The notes below the pieces were generated by a model. The model worked only from the letters and a program-made list of their open reading frames with translations, did not search any database and had not been told where the DNA came from. A stretch of 64,000 nucleotides of DNA, taken from assembly GCA_965287045.1 (NCBI GenBank), contig OZ336885.1, forward strand, positions 65,782,001 through 65,846,000, given 5' to 3'. The stretch is from Carcharhinus amblyrhynchos (Eukaryota). Made by a program: the position numbers and the translations under genes. Positions 1 to 13,350 of the stretch are shown piece after piece (positions within the stretch are counted from its first letter, which is position 1; every line of letters starts with the position of its first letter).

Positions 1-2037
1 TGACTAAGACAAAGACGGATTTGAAAATTAACTAAAATTTAAACGTCCACTGCCCCGAATGTCCCATCACTTCTTGATAAATAACAGTCTATCCAGCGCT
101 GTTTTAACTTTCAGTCTAATATCTGTTGGAGCACATTTTATGAAGTTATTTGCAAATGCTCATGATACTCTTAGTGACAAACTATCATGTCATCACTTTT
201 TTTTAATAAGTCGGCAGTTATTTTATAATGCTGTCACTGGTGCCCGTTTTCCTCCACAAGAGAGAACACTGTATCGTCATTCAATCAGTCAAGATCCTTC
301 AGGATTCTATAAGTGTCAGCCCTTTCACCCCTTAACCTTCGAAATTTTAGCGAATTTATGACAAATCTGTATATTTCTTCCTCCTAAAACATTCGAACCA
401 TTCACTCAGTCGATAAGTTGAACCATTTCTGAATGGCTACCAAGTCCCCGCACCTTTCTTTAATTAGGTTGAACCCTTCTGTATGCAGTGCTGCCGATTT
501 GGTCGCGCGGATGCCTAGTGCAAGTGAAGCAGAATCACGGAATATTTATGTAAAATTTCCTTATAATATTACATTGGCATTTCTTATCGTTTCTTTTTAA
601 GCTCACACAAGATATGTACGAGTCATTATCTGCGCCTCCAAAGATGCCACATTCCAGGACTGTGCAATATTTTTTCCACCTAAATCACATGTTTTTGTAT
701 ATTTGTTTCCATCAAGAAGTGGGATTTTATTTTATTTCATCCAATTTTATATTCCATTTTCCAAACTAACGCCCACGCATTTTTGTTTTAACATCATCAA
801 ATTTGTCCATCACTTCATTACCATCATTCATATCAATTGAATTCATTTCCATTTCCTTGTAGATCTCCATTTGGTTGATACTGTATGATTACACCTGCAA
901 ACTAAAAAGAAAGAAGTTTGTCACTGCCTGATTACTTATCGATATATCTTCATAGGAGTTCTTTTTTAGTCGCCTTAAAGCTCCTCCAAGTTCACTCGCA
1001 TGCATTTTCAGCTCACAGCATTCCCTTGTTTAAAATGGTGGAGTTACATTCATCCTGCCCACTCATGGTGGCTTCTCCGAACATAGGAAATTTTGCAAAT
1101 TAAAAACAATCCATCAAGTATGAGAAGAAATATGTTTTTTTTTAATTTTGTACAGTGAGGTCCAGATTTCAGCGAAACGACACATCTTCCAGCATTTATG
1201 CACAACTTAGCAGAGCCAATCCAACTGACCTAATTATTGTTATGTCTTTCTTACAGGCTTCAATTACTTTATTCATGTCTGCAACACCCTGCCGATTTTG
1301 TACACTAACAGCATCAAAGAATTGTTCACTTATGCATTTCTGGCTACTGCAATGTTCTTGAAATGTATTTCACTTTCATTTACCTTTGCATACCTTTGCT
1401 CCTGTTTATTTCCCGCCGTACAGAACACAGATAGAATTTCATTGTTCAATCCATATGATATCGCCAACTTTGCGTAGCCAGTTCCCGAGGCGCACATTCG
1501 ATCGGATGGACGTTAAATTTTAACTAAGTTTTAAGCTTTGTTGTGTGGTAAATATTTAATAAAATAAACATCCCCCAATCCTTTATTCTGATTCATTTAT
1601 ATAATTATATTTCTGAGCTGAATTGACCTCTTCATTTTATAAGGCCTCCTCATAATAGATGAAAACATGATCACGAGTCTACTGAAGTTTCGGAATAAAA
1701 CAAACATGATTTTTTTTTTGTGTGTGGGTGCTGACAAGGGGTACCTTCAAGAAGACGTCATTAATTACTCCCAGCAAATATCACACTTCCCGACCGAGTA
1801 AAGTTTAAACTATGATTGACGAACATCGATACTATTATCGGCCCTTATCCCAGAATCATAATACACGCACGTCTTTGGCATTCCATGTTTTCAAGCTGTA
1901 AACAGTTGTTTTAAAATCGCACTATCCGTCATAGAATCGTATAAACATTGTCGTACAGAACAGTCAATTCGGCTCATCACATTTTGTATGAACCCATCGA
2001 AAGACAATCTTATCCAGGCCCTTCTAATGTAATACCG

Positions 2038-2362
2038 CATGGAGGTAAAGCGGTGAACACTGCTGCCTCACAGCGCCAGGTACTACAGGATCGATTCCCG
2101 GCTTGCGTCATTGGATGCTGTAAGTTTGCACTTTCTCCCCGGATCACCGTGACTTTCCTCCCGTCTTTGGGTTTCCACCCACAGTCCAAAGATATGCGGG
2201 TTAGTTGCAGCGACCATGATAAATTGCCGTTTCGTACCCACGAAACTAGCTAGGATAAGCACGTGTTTTTTTCGGGGTGGGGGGATAGACTGAGTGGGAT
2301 TGTGCAGAGCCGATGGGTTGAATAGCCTCATTTTGCACTGTATTACTCTATTATTCTACGAT
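2038..2362 (+). mobile_element. HE1-like tRNA-derived SINE (degenerate)
   Basis: Head 'gcggtgaacactgctgcctcacagcgccagg', body 'tttgcactttctcccc...cccacagtccaaagatatgcgggttag' and CR1-like tail 'gatgggttgaatagcctc...gcactgtattactcta' resemble the elasmobranch HE1 SINE as I recall it. Confidence 0.8.
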
Positions 2363-4344
2363 CTTAACATTACTAATTCACCCACCTACTCATCTTTCGA
2401 TGCCGAGGGGCAATCTAGTATGGGCAGTCCATCATCCGTGATTACTGCGGTAAATTTCTGACAAAATTAAATTATTTTCTGTGGTCTCGTTAATGCATTT
2501 TTTCCCAGGTGTAAGTGTCAAAATGTTCCTTCTGTTTCTCGGGCTTAGAAAAAAATACACACAATCCGAGTCACCTAAATCGCTTTCCAGCGAAGGATAC
2601 AGCTGCACCTGCATCTACCTCCACGTTTAATGGGTGACCGTTCGCTCGCAGCTGGATCTGAATTGGGGACAGTTTGATTGTGGTGATACAATTCAAAGCA
2701 AGGATTCATGTTAAAGAGTATTCATTAATCACAAGTAAGGCGTATATTAACATTGGCCTTCCTTGGCCTGGTTTGTCTGAAAATCTGGGTCTCGAGTTCG
2801 CTTCGCCCTTTCAATTAGGCGGTACTCGAATTGTTTTTTTTTGGGGGGGGCGGGTGGTAACCGTGTTGGGTACGCATTGGGCTGCATCTATGCCATTGCT
2901 ATGAATGATTTTCTTTATATTGTGGAATCAACCGTTTTGCCTTTTGCGCAATTTTATGGGTTTTTTGACCTTTCGTCCTTCCTCGCCAATAATTAAGAAA
3001 GTGTTGCTTTCTGCTGGGGACCTGGGTCTCCATTATGCGAGTCGGGCATGTCCAAGAGCCCTGCAATCTATGGGTTACTTAAGTTTCCATGCCCGTTTCT
3101 TCGCGTTTTTTGCTACGAAGATCCAGCTGTTTGAGTGTTTCAGATCCTGGTGCAGCTCAGTCTGTAACCTATTTTGAGTCGCTGCATTACGGATGCCACG
3201 CGCTCAGCCATTCCTCAACATTATCAGGAGTGCAGACCATATCTGCAATCATGCTAAACATTCGGACGTCAATTCCTTTGAATCTGCTTGTCGTAGATAA
3301 TCTATATCGCAATGATATAACGAACAGTTTCTGTTGCTACCAATGCTATTCAGTTTAAAACAAAAACTGTGTTTTTGAAACCACAGCTGCCGAATATTTC
3401 AAACGGCGTATCATGTTGAAATATGGCGCCCTGCCAGTTGGCATGAAAATTACTTTTTTGCAGGTTATCGCCATCTTTTACATTTTCTAGGAAGTATTAT
3501 TTCAATTCCTCGGCATACGCACCATAAACACAGCTATCGTTTGGTTCTACCTTTCCAGACAAAGGGATTGCAATACCTTGTGGTTACACTCTTAAGTGTC
3601 TGTCATGCGACAATGGTACCAAAAATGTTTCTTCTTCTTTATCGCCAAGAAAAATCTGAGCACTCCGACTGGAAAGCATAATGTTTGTTAAAAAAAAGTG
3701 TGAACTTTAACCACAGCTCTGTGGTACACATCTGTGTGTTCTGTCTGTGGCGGTCGGATCTAAAGCCTGGTTTGACGAGCTCCACCGAGATAGGGCATTG
3801 CCTCTCACCAGGGAATTTCTGTTCCATGAGTCTCACAGGGAGATCGGTTAACAGTTCCCCATGGATGTCCTGGAGGTTGTCACGCAATTCAGAAGGCTTC
3901 AGGTGAAAGTTGTATTTTCGGTATTCTTTTGATGCAGTGTTGAGTAACATAACTTGATGAATATCAGATGAAATCGACTTGTTGCTGCTCCAATCTGCAT
4001 TGAAAAGAAATGGTGGTACGGGTATGCCAAGATAGTTATATTCACCAATTTAAATTATCACCTGAATCTTGAGCACGAAGTACATAAATTAATTGAACTG
4101 ATGAAGTATTAAACTGATGGCCGCAGCATTTCCTTTCAAATCTTTTTAATCAAATATGTGTTCATCTAATCAAACAGCTTGTACAAATAGGATATTATGT
4201 GGCTTTGTCTTTCTGAAAAGAGCACTAAACTTAGAACAACATAACAATAGAAACATAAAATCCCTACGGTGTAGAAGGAGACCAATCGGCCCATCGAGTG
4301 TCCACCGGCCACAATCTCAGTCAGGCCGCATCCCGTAGCACCAT

Positions 4345-4572
4345 GAATCTTATCCCTGCTGGCCCCGCTGAAACTAAGCAGCAATTTAGCATGACAGATC
4401 CACCTAACACGTACACGCATCTTCGACCCGTGGGGAGAAAGCGGAGCACTCGGCGAAATGTAATAAAACACAAAGAAAATACGCAAATTCCATGCATACA
4501 CTGACCGGAGCCTGGAAACGAAACTGAGTCCCTTGCACTGTGAGGCATCTTTGCTGAGCACCACATCGCCCG
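4345..4572 (-). mobile_element. HE1-like SINE (degenerate)
   Basis: 'caatttagcatgacagatccacctaac...gtggggagaaagcggagcac...cccttgcactgtgaggca' is the reverse-complement HE1 pattern. Confidence 0.7.
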
Positions 4573-4801
4573 AAGTAGCACAATTTGGCATTTTTTGAGA
4601 AATGAAAGATGCTTTCATTGCCATTTTTCCTTGATCGTAACGAATCGCTATGAAATGGGTGTTCACAACAATTACGTAGCACTGGAAATTTCCAGAAATG
4701 CACAGGTGTTTGCAAGGTTTCCAAACTTTAGGAATTTTAAAAGGATGCTGTTGCATCTACTGTCAATAAACTATACCTTATCACCTGAAATTATGATTAC
4801 G

Positions 4802-4885
4802 ATGCAGCTTATGAGCGGCTGCTTCTTGCGATTGGCTAACGTTTCTGCTGTTCTTGCTGTATCATTGATGGTTTGATCACTTATG
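4802..4885 (+). pseudogene. Degenerate signal-peptide exon of micro-exon gene copy A (frameshifts and TAA)
   Basis: Starts ATGCAGCTT, identical to the 45943 start. Hydrophobic pieces RLLLAI and VSAVLAVSL lie in different frames. Ends ATC ACT TAT G|gtaacg, like ATT ACA TAT TCG G|gt (34534) and CTG ACA TAT CAA G|gt (46012). No clear acceptor. Confidence 0.35.
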
Positions 4886-5332
4886 GTAACGTGGATGCAA
4901 ACAGTCACTAAATACACCATATGAAGGGTGTTGCAATTCAATATACAGTTCGATATGGTGCAGTCAGAACATGAGATGCATGCAATTCCGAACCCGACAG
5001 GCACTTCAAAAGTCAGATTTCAGTTGCATTGACGTACAATCCGCTGCAAAAGTTTCATGGATCCTACACCGAAGAAGTTAAAAAGGTCTAAGACTTTGGC
5101 GATTGTAAAGCAATTATGGTTACCAATGAGTTCGGTGATAATTCATGTATACGCAGCAACATTATTTTTGGCAGCCTCGGATTGGGAGACGACTGCAATC
5201 TCAGTTGTGGATGCTGACTGACCCTTCTTATATCATAGGAGAGACGCTGAGGCGGCAACTAATGTTAAAATACTCACAAATGCAGTTCAAAGTTGTGGGT
5301 TTTTGCGATCAGTATTAAATATTCTTTTACAG

Positions 5333-5359
5333 ATCTTCAGGAACTTCTGCAGAAGACCA
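5333..5359 (+). CDS. 27-nt phase 1-1 micro-exon, (D)LQELLQKT
   Basis: ttcttttacag|ATCTTCAGGAACTTCTGCAGAAGACCA|gtaagc; paralogue at 52819-52845. Confidence 0.8.
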
Positions 5360-6363
5360 GTAAGCATACAGCGTTATTCATCAACACGTCTTGAATGATT
5401 TTAGTATTTGGAGGAAAATGGTGACAAATAAAATTATTAAAAGTGTATCACTTACTTTTTGACGATGGCCATGCCGTTATTGTTTAAGATTTTTTTTATA
5501 TCAAGGAGCCGTCCTTTGACTCCGCAACCGTTGGCGAATTGAGCATTAATTAGTTCAGCTCAGAATTCATTAATATTATTCGTGAGCATAGATATTGTGG
5601 ACAATAGGGATACTTGATAGTTATATAGATGATCTCACTTATGTAAAGTTCAAAAAAAAACGCCGAACCGATACTTTGCGATAAAATAAAAGAACGTCCC
5701 CCAAGTTTAGGCAACTTTTTTTTTCTCTTTGAGCCAAATTTTCATGACTGTCTTACAGAGTGGCAGATAACCGTACAGAGTATCCTCCGCCAGAATGACG
5801 TAACTCTAATACCGCCACTATTGAAGGAAGGCTAATGGAGTTACTTTGATATTTTTGTGTTATGTTTACTGGTTCTAATTTTTACAAATATAACAATTCG
5901 GAACGAAAACAGCATTGATATTATAAAGAACTTTAAGGACAGTATCTAAATAATGCAACATTGAAAAGAAACATGGAAAGGCAGATATGCTCAGCGTACG
6001 AAAACAAAAGTTTTGACACTGGTGTCAGAATCTTGAATTCTGCAATGAAAAGCACTTGGAAAATAACATTCAGCTTCTGCAGGTAAGTTTATGGAAGTTT
6101 ACTTAATTATTTACGAAATCTTTTTTTAAAAGACTGATGTGCGATCAAATTCACAATTGCATTTGTTTTGTTTTGCAGTGTTTTTTTGATCAAGTTAACA
6201 CTTGAATTGGAAAAAAAAACAGATCCACAGAAGTGTTAGCAGTGCTTATGACATAATTTCATGGAGACTGTTGCGAGTACAATGTTTGTTATGCTAATTT
6301 GTGGTAAACATCTGCCGGCATTCACGATATTACCTCATTTTCTCGATTTGACCTGTTTTTCAG

Positions 6364-6390
6364 TGGGCACACTATTTGAAAAGGAGAATG
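6364..6390 (+). CDS. 27-nt phase 1-1 micro-exon, (M)GTLFEKEN
   Basis: cctgtttttcag|TGGGCACACTATTTGAAAAGGAGAATG|gtatga. Confidence 0.7.
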
Positions 6391-7237
6391 GTATGAAGCC
6401 CCCAGCAACACAAATGAAATGCTGAATTTCCTGCTCAACGCCTGTATGGTAGAATAACGATCCAGTGGACGACAGCATGACTGTAACATCCGATGGCTGA
6501 GTCAAATTTCGATCGATCAGCAGGAACTGGAATGTATTGCCACAATATTGTTTACCCCTGTCGCCTGCGCAGCATAAAATATTTCAGAGTTAAAATTGTA
6601 TGCATAGCTGGTCCCCTTGTGTCACGAAATACAAACAATTGCAGCTCGCCAGAAACTTGTGAAGTCCATGTTATGGATTTTCACATAATTTGAAATATAT
6701 TTCAAAATATATGTAATGCTATACATAACGTACTCTGTGAAAGAAACGTTCCATGATAGCATTACGCAAATAATTGAGTTCAAATTGTACTTTGGCGTAC
6801 ACAAAAGCAGTATGCAAACCGGTACTAAATTAAGAATAAAATCGTCCGGTATAGCCCTGAAGAACGAAATGTGTTTTAATCTTGATGAACTCAAGTTTAT
6901 TTATTTTGTAAAACAAATAGTCTGCTGCGTTTCATTCTGCTCGGATTTTTCTCAAATTGTAACAGTAGGTAGCAGATGGTGTTCCAGAGATAAAGGGAGA
7001 AAGTTATTTTTTTCGTCTAAACAGTGAATGTTAACCGCTGAGAGTGATAATATTTGTGTACGTGTAACGACCAGTGCCTTCGGCGTACACAGGAAAGAAG
7101 AGAAAATAAAATCGCATTTCTCCTCCATACTAACATACCGAAGTTCTAGAAGAAATAACGTGCTATTAGTTGCATCATCAATGTAATTTGAGAATGAGAA
7201 CAATAATGTGACCGGGCAAAAATATTCTTTTTTTCAG

Positions 7238-7273
7238 AACTGAGGAAGTGCGAGCTGGAGCGTGAGGCAAATG
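7238..7273 (+). CDS. 36-nt (or 24-nt, ending 7261) phase 1-1 micro-exon, (E)LRKCELEREAN
   Basis: Acceptor tcttttttttcag|AACTGAGGA...; two in-phase donors (C|gtgagg at 7261, G|gttcgg at 7273); first 9 nt identical to the 36-nt exon at 27248. Confidence 0.6.
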
Positions 7274-8176
7274 GTTCGGGAAAAAAAATATTTGGATCAA
7301 CAGTCATGAAATTACTTTCGAATTGTGACACACCCCGTTCTTGAATGGATTGATTAAACTTCGCTGTATTTTTCCTGTTCGTTTTAAAATTTGCGATATT
7401 GTACCCGTTTGTAATCATGAAACGAGAGTTGTTTAAATAAGCATAAGAGGCATTTTAGCCTTATTTGCTCCAGCTCTTTTTAGCAGCTGTAATGTACGGC
7501 TAGCTGAGCTGCCTTTTCACAATTTATTTGGCAAATGTATCAATTAAAATAATCATCCATTGTCATTTTTTCCAGCTATATTTGTGTCTTATTCCACAAT
7601 TGCTTTACGAATTGTGACCAATGGCATAACAGTTCCAACTTAATGTAGTGACCAGGATTTCGTCACCAGACATTTTTTTTTTCCTCAAGTTATTAATACG
7701 CTAAGTTATCGATAGTTTTACCTTCATTCTGGTAGAAACTTAAACAAAGTCTTATTTGTTTCAAATTCTATATTTATTTAATACATGTGTTAAATTGTTA
7801 TTTAACCACCTGTTTTGAAACAAAACAATGACGTCTTCGATTTCGTCTCAGATTTGTCGATTTCCCGTTAGTGAAGCCACACGCCAGTACAACATTTCCT
7901 ACTTAGATTGATTGCTGAAATGCCTCCAGGTGACCGTTTCCGAGGTTCCACGTTAACTCGTTAAAATTGACGATCACACTCCCGAACTTTGTTGGTCTAT
8001 TTAAAAAAAAACTTGCCTCTTTTGTAATGTTTCATTCATTCATTTTCCAACCGTTTGCCAACGTGGCTATATAATGGATTTTCTGTTCCAATACTCCTGC
8101 AAAACGCATGAGTTTTATAGATGCATGACATGAAAGATGACACATTTTAATAGACATCTGTACATTTTGTTCACAG

Positions 8177-8203
8177 AAGAAGCAAAAGGAAAGTGGGCGA
8201 ATG
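8177..8203 (+). CDS. 27-nt phase 1-1 micro-exon, (E)EAKGKWAN
   Basis: ttttgttcacag|AAGAAGCAAAAGGAAAGTGGGCGAATG|gtagtt. Confidence 0.7.
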
Positions 8204-9371
8204 GTAGTTTTTTTTGTTTAATTGAATGACTCATTTTTTTCAGCATGTGCAAAATACCTAAATTTGCAGGAATCTGGTTGAATTATGAAGAACGTAGAAA
8301 ATGGAAACAACACATGCAGTATCTCACAAGCCCTTTCATATCGCTCTTTCTGAGTCCTTATGGGGTGACAATACATTTCCCCCCTCACATTGTAATATCA
8401 GCAGCGTATTGAAGTTCGAAGTGTATTGGCAACGCACTTGAAGGTGCTGACATTAAGTGGAAATTCCATCGAGTTTTGGATTACTCTGCAAGTCCCACGA
8501 CACTTTATAATAAACTATCATTGATTAGCAGGTTCAGCAAATTTCATGGGAAAAATAATGCATTGTGTATAAAATGCACGAAAAATACATAATTGCTTTT
8601 CAAAATGTATTTTCTCCAGGGTGATGACCCAATCTGAAACAATCGATTATTTGGAAAAGAAAACTAAACAAATTTCTTGCATGAGGGAATAATTCATGAA
8701 TATGATAATACCCCGGAATACCTTCTGGAATCCGATGCACTGGGACTTTCCACATGAGTTGGTTTCATTCTGCACATCAGGTCGATTTGTACAATCGCCT
8801 TCCATTTAGTGTAATAATCTGGTCAAAGGTAGAATCTGGAACGCCATTATTTCAAGCCAAGCGTTTCCTGGAACGTTGCCCACCGAAAGAAATTATATTG
8901 CTTATTGCCACCGGTCGTGTGACCTCAACTTCCTCTTGAAAAAATAAATGCTGAAAAAAAACGCCAAGGGAAGCAACATTAAGTAATATGCTTGAGGACT
9001 GAATAACCATCACAGATAATGATCTATGGTGCCTTTACAGAGCGATCTCTGTGTGTCCTAATATACGTACCTGTAAGTCTGGAACTGTAACAATTGAAGA
9101 GGGAACTCAAACGACACCAAATTACCTGTTGCCGTTGCATCTGTCCACTGAAGTATCTGTATGACCGATCATCTTACACTCAATTGCGGACAAAATATCG
9201 TGACAACATACACTCTGATATTGTGCTTCATTTAGTGGGTCAACGGCATAAATGGGAAAATCTCTATACAGATCTCAATCTCAAGCTTGAACATCTGCGA
9301 AAAACTGTGTACCATCAGCAGAAAATTGTTCTCCAACCACAATCTATTGTACCCGAAGCATTCTGGTACCA

Positions 9372-9680
9372 AAGGTATGGGAGTCTAAAACTAGGGGACA
9401 TAGGTTTAAGGTGAGAGGGGAGAGAGACAAAGGCGTCCAGGGGGCATTTTTTTCACACAGAGGCTGGGCAGTGCCTCGAACAAGCTGTCAAAAGTAGTAA
9501 TGGGGGGGGGGGGGTAATTTTATCTTTTAAAAATGTTTTAGATAGTTACATGGATACCCTAGGTAAAGAGGGATATGGGCCAAAAATGGGCAATTGGATT
9601 AAATTAGGGTTTTACAGAATGGCGACAGGGACAAGTTGAGCCGAAGAGTCTTTCCATGCTGTAAACCCCTATGACTCCAT
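9372..9680 (+). mobile_element. CR1/HER1 LINE 3' fragment
   Basis: 'gagtctaaaactaggggacataggtttaaggtgagagggg...tttttcacacagagg' (TRGH / FFTQR motifs) followed by a 3' UTR. Confidence 0.85.
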
Positions 9681-9789
9681 TGCTCTATCATTTGCTTTAA
9701 GCCAAGTGTTCAATCCTGGTTCAATGAAGAATGCAGCATGACATGCCAGAATAAACAACAGGCAGATCTGAAAATTAGAAGTCAAACCA

Positions 9790-11630
9790 GTGAATGTCCT
9801 TGCAAGATTAACTGCACAACACAACGTGCAAGTAGCAGGCAGAGCTAACTCTCCCACAATAAATGGATTACATCAGAGCTTTGTTGACATGCCACGTACA
9901 GCTAGGAATATTGTGCACAAGTCTGCAATGCAGTGGAGAGTCAGGTTCAACAGATTGCAAATCTCACGGCGGAATCCCAGCTCACCGGTGCAACATATGA
10001 GTCTTGAAGCATGCACAATAATCTTCCGCCAGGCATGCCAAGTTTAATACGTGTCGCAGTCCCTTTGTAGGAGTCCAAAATCGCATATGTTATATAGTCC
10101 CTTTCATTCAATGTAGACTGTGTAATGCAACGTCTGAAGGAACTGAAGACTGCTGAAGTCACTGTCGCTGAAACATGTGTTGCAATTATACTGGCGAGAA
10201 TGGACCCCTGGACATGTTATACTGGACTATCCATTAAAGGACAGAAACAACACGGCAATCTACAGAAAAGTGGGACACTGATAATATGTATCTTTGAAAG
10301 TGCCCTGCAAATCCAAACCGAACTCTTACCACCCCATCTTTGAAATGATGTAAAATGTAATGGACGTTATTAACATACGACACGTACTCAGCAATAAACT
10401 GTTCAAAATGACATATTTTGTTTCTGACATGTTGTCTCTGCTCACGGCCAAAAGAACACCAAAACTACGCACAAGGTTACAGGTGTGGCTTCACCAATGT
10501 CCTATACAATTATACCAAAACAGCCCTATTCCTATACTCAAATTCTCTCATTATGAATTCCAACATACTTTTTTTTTTGCCTGCTGTAGCCAAGAATAGC
10601 TTGCTCAAAATTTGGGCATAAAGGGATGCACTTCTGGAAGGAGGTCAGAGTGATTGCCTTGATATCAGGGATTATTGCGCCATTTATGCGACTAGTGCGC
10701 CCTTTCAATCATTAAACCAATGGTCGCCCAGCAAAAATTGCTTAAATTCACACCTGGGACAATAGAACTTGGTGGGGTTAGTTACAGATCAATCAGATAA
10801 ACTCCACGACATTGCTGTTGGAGTTCCACAGGGACTTCCCAGTGTCAACCAGTTTTCCTTCATCAATGACCTTAGGGGACATTTGGACAAATAACTGTAC
10901 AATGCTCAGAACAATTTGTGAGAATTCGGATCCTGAAGCAGTCTATTTAGACACGGAGGACTGATTGGACAAAAGCAACGTTTGAACTGACAACCGTCAA
11001 ACACCATCTGCCTCAGACACGAGCCGGTCAATAACATTTTCTACACATGAGAACCTAACAATTTCCCCTGGACAATTAACGGTATTACCATCGTTAATTT
11101 CATCATGCTGGGGGTAGCAGATAATAGAAATTGAAGGGCGCTGGCCATATAAATATGCTGGCTATAGAATGAGTGCCGTCCCAGAAACACTCAGTCAGAC
11201 ATAAATCATTCAGAAGAAGGAAGGCTGGTTGAATTTAAAACGTTTGCTGATCCTTCTCCTCGCCTGTCCGCCACTGACGAACCACAGTGGCAATTTCTTT
11301 CAAGCTGGACTGCGGGAACTCACCAGCATTCCAAACTCACGACGACTACCATTTTTCCGGACAAGCAATGTGTAGAAGGCGGTAAGCATTTGTAAACAAA
11401 ACCAAAATGAGTTTCCACTCCAAGTCACTCAACGTACTACATATGCAAGTTAGCACCTTTTAACCCTGTTTCTTCATCAAAATCTTGGAATTGCCGCCCG
11501 ACAGCATTCTGAGTGCGCATAAACGACATACATTCCGCTTTCAGGAAAGTACATAAGGAAGCATTTCAAGGGTACCCTGTGCAGGATAATAAATTCTGGC
11601 CAAGCCAGTGACGATTAAGTCATATTAATG
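9790..11630 (+). mobile_element. Old L2/CR1-clade LINE remnant
   Basis: Degenerate RT motifs EVRVIALDI (~10640), VGVPQG (~10818) and FINDL (~10860); 3' end 'aataaattctggccaagccagtgacg'. The 5' boundary is approximate. Confidence 0.6.
10478..10590 (-). mobile_element. Short CR1 fragment nested in the older LINE
   Basis: 'gtggcttcaccaatgtcctatacaattatacc...cctattcctatactc' is the antisense of the CR1 LY..LV motif region. Confidence 0.55.
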
Positions 11631-11654
11631 CATTTGAAACGTCAATGCAATATA

Positions 11655-13350
11655 TAAATAGATTCATGGATGTTTACAGCATTGAAACACGCCCTTCGGC
11701 CCAACTTGTCCGGACTGCTTTTTTGAAAAAAACCTATGCTACTTTCAATTGCCCGCATTTGGCCCATATCCCTCAATATCCATGTTACTCATGCAACTGG
11801 CTAATTGCTTTTTGAAAAGGCAATATTATACCACTTTTTCTACTATTTCTGGCAGGTGGTTCCAGATACCCAACATGACCTTTTTGCATTGCTGCCTCGG
11901 GACCTTTTTGCATTGCTCCCCTCCCACCTGAAGCCCTCTAGTTTTAGACATGCATACATTTGTGAAAGCAAATTTAGGTCAAGGTGATGTATGTCCGTCT
12001 TTATTTTGTAGACCTCTATAAGATCTCGTCTCAGTTTCTACAACCCAGAGAAAAAGTCCCAGTCAATACAACTTGTCCTTATAAGTCAAACCATCAAGTC
12101 CCGATGGCATCCTTGTAGATATTTTCTGCACTCTCTCTAGTTTACTAATATTGTTTCTATAGTAGGGTGACTAAAATAGCATGCAATATTCCAAGTATGG
12201 CCTGACCAATTTCTTGTAAAACTTCGACAAGGTGTGCAACTCCTGTATCCAATGTTCTAACCAATGAAACCAAGCCTGCAGACTGCCGTGTTCAACACTC
12301 TGTCTACTTGTGACTCCACTTTCAAGGAGCCATGGACATGTAACCCTAGATTTCTTTGTTCTCTAACTCTCCCATGGCCCTACCATTAACTGAGCAAGTG
12401 CTGCTCTGGTTCAATCTAACAAAATGCATCACCTCACATTTATCTAAATTAAGCTCATCAGCCCACTCGCCCAATTGATTAATATCCCCTTGCGATCCGA
12501 AATAACCTGTGACTATCGATGATTCGATTATCTCCACTAGGGAACCCGCATTTTTTTGCGTAGCCTCCCAATATGCCCTGGTATGCACTTCATCTGGTGC
12601 CGGGGATTCATCTACCTTAGTGCGCTTTAAGACTTCCGGCATCTCCGTCTCTGACATATGAATACTCCTCAGGGCTATTTACTTTCCCAAGTTCCCTACC
12701 ATCCATGTTTTTTTTTTCTCTCAACAGCAAATACTGATGAGAAATATTCGTTTAGGATCTCACCCATCTCTTGTAGATCCACGCATAGATGTCATTTTTA
12801 ACCTTAATAAGCCCTACTTTCTCCCCAGTTACTCTGTTGGCCTTTCTGTTGCTGTAGAAGCTACTTGGATTCTTCCTTGCTCTATCTGCCTAAACAATCT
12901 CGTGTCCCCTTTTGCCCTTCTGATTTGTCTCTGAACATAACCCCTACACCACCTGCCCTCTTCACGCGATTCACTTCATTCCAGCTGTCGATGTATGTCG
13001 TGTGCCTCTGTCTTCTTTTTGACTAGGACCTCATGTTTCGAATCACCCAGTGTTCCTTACCTCTAACAACCTTTTCCTTCACCCAAGTGGGATGTGATTA
13101 TCCTGAACACGAGTTAACATCGGCAGAGTCAGAAAATCTTTCAATTTTCGACATCCCGTTTCCTTCCCACCGACGCCCACAATTAGCTGTTGCATGTTCT
13201 TGCCTGATAATTACTAAATTGGCCTTGCCCCAATTTAGCATGTTGAAATTTTGGGCCAGACCTATCATTCTCCATCGGCATCTTAACAGTAATAGAGCGA
13301 GGGTCACTGGTCCCAAAGTGATCCCTCACTAAGGCTTCTGTCACCTGTCT
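11655..13350 (-). mobile_element. CR1/HER1 LINE, degenerate with internal deletions
   Basis: 3' tail 'atagattcatggatgtttacagcattgaaacacgcccttcggcccaac'; ORF pieces 'QLGEWADELNLDKCEVMHF' and 'LNWGKAN'. Confidence 0.85.

Noticed and set aside
768-895. Minus-strand acceptor followed by GVIIQYQPNGDLQGNGNEFN*
   Set aside because: Low-complexity ATTCC-rich DNA; phase-compatible with the 3994-3809 segment but no independent support.
6074-6082. 9-nt AG/GT segments (also 40689-40697 and 59332-59340)
   Set aside because: In phase, but too short and acceptors too weak to distinguish from chance.
8720-9300. Minus-strand exon-like segments
   Set aside because: Stops in all frames after the acceptors; no coherent protein.
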